Shown here: in pieces, positions 55,168 to 64,000 of the stretch
Numbering within the stretch: position 1 is the stretch's first letter
How the letters are laid out: each line of letters opens with the position of its first letter
Assembly (NCBI RefSeq): GCF_036321535.1
Contig: NC_087437.1
Coordinates: 83,888,001 to 83,952,000, forward strand
Direction of reading: 5' to 3'
Length of the DNA stretch: 64,000 nucleotides
Source: Camelus dromedarius
Lineage: Eukaryota
Notes under the pieces: generated by a model
The model's input: only the letters and a program-made list of their open reading frames with translations
Told to the model about the DNA's origin: nothing
The model's database searches: none
Position numbers and translations under genes: made by a program

Positions 55168-55977
55168 GTAACTATCAAGACCATTTTGGAAGATTTGGAA
55201 TGGACCATGAAGAGGATGATGACCAGTTCCTCTCCCCATCTTAATTCTGCAATATTAAAAAAAGGTCACTCAGTGGTACACCCACAAGGATGACCCACCT
55301 CTTGAGGATGATGAGAACAAAGAAAAGCAAAGAGATAAGGGAGGAGGGTATAGCTCAAGTGGCAGAGTGCATACTTAGCATGCACAAGGTCCTGGGTTCA
55401 ATCCCCAGTATCTCCCCTAAAAATAAATAAATAAATAAATAAGTGAGCCTAATTAAAGCAAAGGGATGAGATTCTTGTTTGGGACTAAGAATTCCTGAAA
55501 GTTTCCCAAGGAATACTTTTTGAACTTACTCTGCCTGCAAACTATTTAGACATCAAAGATTTGGTTGATGGTATGTGCAAGTGTGTTGCCAATATGATCA
55601 GGGGGAAAGCTCATGAGGAGATTCCCAAGACTTTCAATATCAAAAATGACTTTACTGAAGAAGAGGAAGCCCAGGCAAACAAAGAGAACCAGTGGTGAGA
55701 AGAGAAGTGAAACGTTGTGCCTGAAACTGTAACACCGAAAGGATTGTTCCAAATAATTGCTGCGCTGTTGGGTTTACAATTGTTAATATTAGACAAACAG
55801 CAGACATATGCAGCAGTGAATCAACTCTATTTGCAAAATACTGTCCTCATTGCATGTATTGTTTTAGAACAGATTCCAAATCTATGGCTGAGTTTCACTT
55901 AGTGCGATCAAAAGTTTATCTTGTCTTTGCTCTGAATAAAACTGAACTGTGGGTCCTCTAAATTAAAAAAAAAAAAA
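55168..55977 (+). pseudogene. SKP1: SKP1 processed pseudogene, 5'-truncated, disrupted
   Basis: Segments translate to VTIKTILEDL..., AILKK..., HKDDPPLEDDENKEK..., [53 protein letters not shown], matching SKP1. No introns, frameshifts and stops present, 3'UTR with AATAAA at 55935-55940 and poly(A) at 55965-55977. Confidence 0.93.
55339..55454 (+). mobile_element. tRNA-derived SINE (Vic-1-like, camelid) inserted in the SKP1 pseudogene
   Basis: ggagggtatagctcaagtggcagagtgcatacttagcatgcacaaggtcctgggttcaatccccag (A and B boxes) with (TAAA)n tail. 15-bp TSD with 2 mismatches: aaagcaaagagataa (55324-55338) / aaagcaaagggatga (55455-55469). Confidence 0.9.
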
Positions 55978-57877
55978 GGAAAGAAAAGAAAAACAACCCC
56001 CCCCACATATATATATATGTAATCACCTGTAATACCATCAAATTATTAGTAGTGGTTTTACCATGCTGGTCTAGTAAAGTTAGATGTAACAAGAGCAAAA
56101 CAGAAATAAATCTAATAATAGTCCAATAGTTATTGGTTTTTAAATTACATTAACAGATTATTATATTATTCATAATTTTTGAAACTGTTTTAAAAGGAAT
56201 ATGATTTTATTTCAAAAAGCCTCACTAGCCTTAGTCTTAGCTCATGTGATATTCTGAAGATTGTTTTCAAAAATATAATTCAAAATTTTAATAAATTTCA
56301 AAAGGTTGAACCTAAATATGAATATATTTATAAGCTATGACTATAAAGTAATACATGTGGTTTATGGTGGAGTCATTGAATTTTAGTCTTGTCCTTTCTT
56401 TGTCATCCTTGAATTTACATGATGATACAAAATTGCAAAGAAAGCTAGCTGAAAGACCACTGGCTTCAGAAGTATTTTAAATGAAGAAGCTTTATGAAAA
56501 TGAGTCTCATAAGAATGAAAAAAAATTTTTCTATGCTATTGGGCCCCTAAGGTGCATAAAGAAAGAAAAAAATTTCAGTCACATTTTGGGGCTGTGAAAC
56601 AACCCATGGATAACCTTGGGAATTTTAGAGGAGGATTCACGTGTAAGGACTTCTATTCATATTCATAGATAAAATAGCAGCAATTACCTTTTTTCCCTTA
56701 AGATAGAACCCGGACTAGCTTAAGACTTCTTTGATCACTTCAGATGGAATTGATTTTGATGTCTGAACTCCTAAAACATCTATTGTCTATTCCACATGGC
56801 ATGTAGCGATTGACTGCCTTTATCTTAAGCTCTTGCTATTCCTCTTTATCGAGTAAATAATAATGTATTGTACTTGACTTTTCAACTTCCCATGCTCTTT
56901 CACATACATTCAATCACCTAAAATACACTGTAACTTTCTAAGTACAGCTATTCTCATTTTAAAGATGAGGAAAGAGGATCAGACTGGAAATGAATTACAC
57001 TTACATAAGAGATAAGGAGCAGACTCCAGACTAAGTCAAGCATTTACTGACTGTACCTTAGTGATTGTGGCACATTACAAGATCTGAACCTCCCACAGGA
57101 CCTAGGAGAGTACCACACAAACACATTATGTACCTTGCACGTGACTATCTCCTTTATTCAGAACTTGTTTAATCTTGTTTCAGGCTTGTCAGACAATTGT
57201 CCCGCACTCTGGTTTTGTTCTATAAATCCTTTATGGCACCATATGAACACCATCCAATTAATTCACATACTTCAGGTATATAAACATCATTTTGTGAGAG
57301 TAGAGTTAATGTAATAAAATAATATCAACATACAATATATAGTAACAATAATACTAGAACATAAGGAAAGATTATTGCAAAGTGATGAGTTTGAACATAC
57401 GGTGATGATGAAAGTGAGTATTATGCAATAATTTGATTGAATAATATTAAAACACATCTTGGGTTAGTTTCTTGAATTTTCAGTGTTTTCCATTATTTAA
57501 CTGTCTCATTTGAAAAAAAGCATTTGGATTGAGAAATAAATGCACAATCAAAATATTCTAAGTTATTTGATTATCGATTTCGAGTGCTCCCAATATCAAC
57601 TGCCTTTTCACTAATTCTAAATTCATTTTCCTTATTCCCATACCTGCTCCACCCCATAATTTTAGCTCTCACTTTTCCCAGTCACAGTGTAACACCTCCT
57701 GGTCCATACAATTCTACTAGATTCCATAGATTTTCTATGTTATAAAGCAAAGATTCTATGTGCTTTCTATATAATCCACCCATAAAATGTTTAAGAAGCT
57801 GTGTTTGGGATTTTTTTTCTCTATTACTTTTGGGGCATGAAAGCTATAGTCACAATTATATATATTTATACATTTGT

Positions 57878-59870
57878 TGTAGAAAAGCAAAATTTGCCAC
57901 CCCAAAATGTGTCTCTTTGGCATGAGGATTCATTTAGGCTAAGTATTAATTTTTAATTGAAGTATAGTTGATTTTATAATAATTTCAGGTATACAGCATA
58001 GTGATTCAATATTTTTATAGAATATACTCCATTTAAAGTTATTACAAAATAATGGCTATATTTCCCTATGCTGTACAATATATCCTCATTGTCTATTTGT
58101 TTTATACATAGTAGTTTGTATCTCTTAATTCCATGCCCTTATCTTGTCCCTCCTCCCTTCTCCCATTTCCTCTCCCCACTGGTAATCAGTGGTTTGTTCT
58201 TTATATCTGTGAGTCCATTCCTGTTTGGTTATACATACTCATTTGTGTTATTTTTTAGATTCCATATATAAGTGATAACAAAGAGTATTTGTCTTTCTCT
58301 GTCTAACTTATTTCATTAGAGGGCCCAGAAATAAACCCATGTGCCTATGGTCAACTAATCTATGATAAAGAAGACAAGAACATACAATGGAGAAAAGATA
58401 ATCTCTTCAATAAGTGGTGCTGGGAAAATGTGACAGCTACATGTAAAAGAATGAGATTACAACAGTAACTCATACTATATACAAAAAAAAACTCAGAATG
58501 GATAAAGACCTAAATGTAAGATGTGAAACCATAAAAATCCTAGAAAAGAACATAGTCAGAATACTCTTTGACATAAATTGTACCAATATTTTTTTGGATC
58601 TGTTTCCTAAGGCAAAAGAAATAAAAGGAAAAATAAATAAATGGGACCTGATTTAACTTAAAGGCTTTCGCAAAGGAAACTACTGACAAGATAAAAAGAC
58701 AACCTACTAAGTGGGAGAAAATATTTCCAAATGATACAACTGATTAGAGGTTAATATCAAAAATATATAAACAGTGAATACAACTCAATATCAAAAAAAC
58801 AAACAGCCTGATTAAAGACTGGGCAGAAGATCAGACATTTTTCCAAAGAAGACACAGAGATAGGTAACAGGCACGTGAAAAGATGCTCAGCATCATTAAT
58901 TATTAGAGAAATGCAAATCAAAACCACAATAAGATATCACCTCACACCTGTCAGAATGGTTATCCTCAAAAAGTCTACAAGTAACAAATGTTGGTGAAGG
59001 TGTAGGAAAAAGGGAACCCTCATACATTTCTGGTATGAATGTAAATTGGTGCATCTACTGTGGAAAATGGTATGGAGTTTCCTCAAAAAGCTGAAAACAG
59101 AACTACCATATGATCCAGCAATTCCACTCTTGGGTATATATATAACTGAAAAAAAAAAACAACCCACCAATTTGGAAAGATACATGTACCCCATTGTTCA
59201 TGGTAGCATTATTTAAACTAATGGAAGTAACCTAAGATATGGAAGCAGCCCAAGTGTCCATTAACAATTGAATGGATAAAGAAGATGTGGTATATATATA
59301 TAATGGAATATTACTCAGCCATAAAAAGGAGTGGAATTCTGCCATTTGCAGCAACGTGGATGGACCTAGAGGGTATATGCTTAGTGAAATAGATTGATTA
59401 CTTTTAACGAACAGAAGACTCAGGAAGCCTTTTACCTCCTCCTTAGCTGTCTAAAGAATTTAGGTAAAAGCCTGTTCCCTGAATAGAGGTATCACTGCAG
59501 ATACCTGCAAAGAATATGGGCTAGATGTGGTGGGAGAAACTTGTTAGGCCTGTCAGAATTCACTAAGTCCCTTTTTTTCTATTGCATGACACAGAAAACC
59601 TATGCTTTTCCATCTCCATATGAATTGCCTTCCTCTGTTCTGAAGCCCCAAATCACTACCCCAGTGTCCTCTTTTGTATTTAGCTGAAGATGGTACGTAA
59701 GGTGAAAATTTCAAACATTTTGGTAAGTTAGTTTTCCTGAATATCCCTCATGCATACATGTTATAAAACTTTTGTTTGATTTTTCTCTTTTAATCTATCT
59801 CGTCAATTTAATTCTCAGACCAGCCAGAAGAACCTAGAAGGGTAAAGGAAAATTTCTTCTTTACCAATAC
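57878..59870 (+). mobile_element. MER34/MER39-like ERV1 solo LTR split by the L1 insertion
   Basis: Starts tgtagaaaagcaaaatttgccaccccaaaatgtgtctctttggcatgaggatt, resumes at ~59392 and ends ...gaacctagaagggtaaaggaaaatttcttctttaccaatac, resembling MER34-family termini. Confidence 0.7.
57950..59391. mobile_element. 5'-truncated LINE-1 with internal inversion (3'UTR on minus ~57950-58318; ORF2 end on plus ~58317-59391)
   Basis: Left part is the reverse complement of an L1 3'UTR (ttttaattgaagtatagttg...gtctaacttatttcatta). Right part is sense ORF2 C-terminus (cccagaaataaaccc...ggagaaaagataatctcttcaataagtggtgctgggaaaa...gacctagagggtatatgcttagtgaaata). Confidence 0.9.
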
Positions 59871-59920
59871 TGTGTGTGTGTGTGTGCGTGTGCGCACGTG
59901 CACATGCGCATGTGCATGCA
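59871..59920. repeat. (TG)n merging into (CG/CA/TG) alternating purine-pyrimidine tract
   Basis: tgtgtgtgtgtgtgtgcgtgtgcgcacgtgcacatgcgcatgtgcatgca. Confidence 0.9.
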
Positions 59921-61619
59921 CTTTTATAGAAAATACAGAAAGGGAGAAGGTACTCATGCTGCTGGCAGCTCTAGGGAATGTTGAATGATCCTGTCACACA
60001 GATGCAAGAGGATGCAAGTGTATTCCTGCCAATTCACCAGAAAAGGGACTATAAAACTGCTTTCGTTCTCCCATTAAAGAACTAATGCAAAGCAACAGCA
60101 GATTTATTGGCAAGGTTTCTGGTTCAAGCCGAGAGAAATAAATCTTGATTCTTCCTTGATGGAGGTAGTGTTTGTGCAGGACAAGTAGCCAGGTGTTCCC
60201 ACAGCTGCCTTGAAAAATTCATGACTTCCTGAGGATATGGGTGATTTTGTTTTCATCATTGATCAAACAGAGTAAATCACTGACGTAAAATAACACCTGG
60301 CTGAGCCTTTTGTTTTCCTTTCATTTTCTCTAGTTAGTCACTGTTATTTACAAATCATTACTGCATGTGGAGAAAAAGCTTGTGTTTTCTCATATTGGCT
60401 GCTAGCTCATAATTTCTCCTTCATGTTCTCACAGTAGCTTCAAAGGTATTTAGTGCATATGTTATACTTTTTCCTCCTGATTTTTGTGACTACTTTGTGA
60501 ACAAGCCAAATGGCATTGTTCCATATTTATTACAGGAATTAATAGGATTACAAACATGTTTAAAACTAAAAATGATCTAATTATTATTACTTATTATGAA
60601 TAATGCAAATCTTAGCCACGTTTTTATACTTTATTTAAAATGCAACATGATGTGCTAAATAGTTATGTTTTTTGTTCCGTAAATTCTGTTTCTAGGGGAA
60701 AAATACGTGGATAAAACAATTTTTTTTTAGCCTACACATTTGCAAGTTGAGTTCATGCAACAGAGTAGTATTTGTTTTCTTAACATTAACTTATAATTAA
60801 TTGTATAGTATATATGGAAAACACATGAGTATACATTTTAAAAACTAAAATTGCAATTCAGCAACGAATACTTTCTGAATATTCAAATTATATTAGGCTA
60901 ATGTAAGCAAAGTGATAGGATAACAAGGAAATAGTTCTGATGTTTTAATGATGGTATTTTAATGATACACACACACTATCAAAGCCATATCAATGGCTTA
61001 TAGCCAGCACTCTGCTATCTGGATAAAGCCCATGTCATAAAATTTGAAAGTATTTTGCGTGTCACCCTGAATATATGTACCACTGTCCTTAAAAACTTTA
61101 GAATTATGTCATTTACTGTACTTCTTATTGTGGTTTTCTGGCTTAACTTAAGAGATCAATTTCAATTAACGGGCAGGTTTTGTTTTTTTTTTTAAACTAC
61201 ATACATACCGATGTGTATATAGTTGTCTGATTTTTATTTGCAGACTTCAATTGCATGACTTTGCCTGGTTCTTAAGGAAACCAAGTATTTGTTTAAAGAG
61301 AAGGGGCCTATCAGGCTAAAAACTGGCCCACATCATAAATCCACTAAGAAATGATCTCTGCTTGCTGGACATTTTGTTTCCCAGATACTCACAGGGATGT
61401 TCTCTTGCTTGCAGCTGTGCTTCAGAAAAACCTGAGAATGCTTTGTTCAGATCACCTTCCTAACTTTAGTCATTATCTTCCCACATTTGGGCTGTTCTGC
61501 TGCCCTCTACACTTTATATACATCACTGTCCATTTAAATTTTGAAGGGATCCATAATATACACCACTATAAAAGTTTTGCTTTTTGTTTTTTTTCAACTT
61601 CTAAACTCTACTTATCTGT

Positions 61620-62049
61620 CTAAAAACAGAGCTTCCCAAAAGAATTCAACTGTCATAAAGGATCCCCTCCCCAGGAGTTTTGCAACCAGGGAGGACTGAC
61701 CCCGAACACCAGAGAGGAGAAGTCACACGGGGATAAGAAATCACCTAAACAGACATTTTCACAGAACTATCATATCTGCCATCTATTCTCCTAAGGTCTC
61801 ATTTATCTTTTCTAAAAGTCATTTGTTTTCCCATAAGTACTCTTATTTCCCTCCCCTTCCCCTGTTAAGACATGTTATAAGCCCCCAATTGTAATCATCT
61901 CCTTGAATCATGATTTTCTGTAAACTCATATGTACGTACATGAATAAAAATGTCTTTTCTGTTGATAACCTGTCTTCTATCAATTTAATTTGCAGGCCCC
62001 CAAACAATAAAACAGGAGGTAGAGGACTTTTTTTTTTTCCTTCCTGACA
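61620..62049 (+). mobile_element. MER34-like ERV1 LTR (3' part; 5' boundary uncertain)
   Basis: AATAAA near 61943, then ...gtcttctatcaatttaatttgcaggccccc...ggaggtagagg...ttccttcctgaca terminus; resembles the 3' end of the LTR at ~59800. Confidence 0.6.
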
Positions 62050-63334
62050 GTTTCCTTGCAACAGGCCTGGCCTCAGCGTTAGTAGTATAATTGCAGATGG
62101 TATTGCTGGCTTAGATGTTTCATGAGAACATGACTGAAATGCTTATACCTACCAATGTGCCATTTTATGATAATGTATGAGGGGTTTAAATAAAGTGATA
62201 TTTATAAGGAATTAGAAGGAACTCCACAGGATGCTACAGTTTAGGGAGCAAAGATCTTTAGATAGTGGATCCTTGAAATAAACCTAGGTCTAAATTTCTT
62301 TCCTCTTTTCTTTCCTTATGGATGTCCCTTTGGAGTTTTCCCATGTAGATGTGCATTGTCCTTTATTACAGACTCCTACATAATGGCTTTTTGTGATAGG
62401 AGTACATTTTAAACAGCTATAGCTAGAATTATCAGGGTAGAGGCAATCTTGATATGCAACTAATGTTGGAATTTTGGAAGAAAGCCTATAGGTCACAATT
62501 ATATTGATAGTGACTTAGTCCAACTGTGACTTTTCAAGGACTAATGTCAAGTGAGTGGCCACTTAAAGATAATCAGATAAGATCCTTGAATATAATCCTT
62601 AAAAATCCCTTGACCTTTTGTATAATGGCTTCCACATCAAGAGACACTAATTTATGATGATGTAAGAGGTAATGCCAGATTTTGAGAAGACTGAGAAACG
62701 TATGGTGTGTTGGAACTGGCATTTGTCTGCTTATCAGAACTTACTTTGCCTATATTTTAACAACAACATTCAAACTATGTCACAATCAGTCTTTTAAAAA
62801 AATTTCTTTCTATTTTGCTCTGGAGAGCCAGTTTTTAAGCACCAGCATATCTCTGGTCATAACTCATATTTACCAAACTTAGGGTAGTTGTAATTTTGTT
62901 CTTTAAGACACTGATAGGTGTTCCATGAAGAAGATACTCTATCTTCAAATAAGTTTGGATAATGCTTAAACAATGTTACTGTGAATATCCAAAAAAGAGG
63001 CAGCAACATATTTCTTTTATTTCATATTATCTAAAATAAAAAATTTTACTGGCACTACGTTCATAAAAATATCAGAATGCTAGAAAACTACTTTTGGAAA
63101 CAACATTAGCCTAAGCTTTGGAAACTTTATTCTGTTGACTCTGGCTCAAGAATTTGTACTAACTACCATGTTCCTGGTGTGTAAGAGTCAGAAAGACTAT
63201 AAAGTGTCTTAAGCTTCTGAAGCAAGACTAGGTTTCCCCTCCACTGAGATATCTGAGTAACCACTGGAAGCCTCAAGCTACAATGAGTTGGGATGGAGGG
63301 AGATCAGGAGAGCCCCAGTGCAGGCTCTCATAAG

Positions 63335-63600
63335 TGCTGGTGGGGTGCTGTGACTAAGCACAAGGGCTTTGGAGCCAAGATGCTTGGTTCTGAATCCTAG
63401 CTCCGCTACTCACTGGTCATGTGACTGTGATCAATTTACTTCACCTCTCTATTTCCTCAGATTTTTCTTCCAAAAAGTAGAAATAATAATATCCATCCTT
63501 CAGGGTTATTGTGAGGATTAAATATATTATTTCATTTAAAGCACTTAAAGTAATTTCTGTCACATGCCAAGCACTCAAAATTGTTGGATACTGTTACTGC
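63335..63600 (+). mobile_element. MIR SINE
   Basis: ggctttggagccaaga...gaatcctagctccgctactcactgg...cagggttattgtgaggattaaat. Confidence 0.8.
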
Positions 63601-64000
63601 TGTGAACAAAAAACAACACTGAACAAACATTGTTATTGTCATAAAAGAGCTATTTCATCAATAAAGGCTATAGAAGATTTTGCAATAGTCAACATCACAA
63701 ATCCAAGAAAACCTTACATATCTTACATGCTAAAAAGCCCTGTAGGAAACAACTTGTTTCTTTAGTATGAAAGGATTTTGGCAAAAATTTCCTGAAGGAT
63801 ATTTCTTAAATTTGAATAGCTTTGGTAAATGCCACATTAAGAATAATATTCCAGAAAATTATATGCCTAGAATTTTAATAAATGTCGCACAGGAAAAAGG
63901 TTTTGTAGTTTAACACATTTTGGTGAACCCTACATGGAAAAAATAAAAGCAAAAAAATTTTCTTATTGAAGGAATTATCAAAGCTTTTAGTGTGTTATTC

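Noticed and set aside
55546..55902. Three short ORFs over 55.5-55.9 kb
   Set aside because: Antisense or 3'UTR frames of the disrupted SKP1 pseudogene.
58068..59194. ORFs 58068..58271 and 58937..59194
   Set aside because: Typical antisense translations of L1 sequence, not genes.
1..64000. Remaining 60-130 aa ORFs in the track
   Set aside because: No recognisable domains or splice-consistent structure; compositions match AT-rich intron or repeat noise, and many use non-ATG starts.

Overview
AT-rich mammalian genomic DNA, most likely a camelid (two tRNA-derived Vic-1-like SINEs; no Alu or BovB-type elements noticed). The whole window lies inside the minus-strand receptor tyrosine kinase gene EPHA6. 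Two constitutive coding exons encode the second fibronectin type III domain: 47385-47261 (125 nt) and 11954-11792 (163 nt). Between them sits an in-frame 48-nt candidate cassette exon (12407-12360, VYPRIAPAFWHYLRVE) with good splice sites, which the ORF track does not show. The introns hold a 5'-truncated SKP1 processed pseudogene interrupted by a SINE, a twin-primed (inverted) L1 nested in a MER34-like LTR, several solo ERV/MaLR LTRs, old L1/L2/MIR/MER5 fragments, a solo poly(A) insertion with target-site duplication, and a perfect 18-bp palindrome centred on a CRE. Repeat family names and most repeat boundaries come from recognition by eye and are approximate. No prokaryotic-type or wholly new system is evident; the best leads are alternative-isoform signals in EPHA6.
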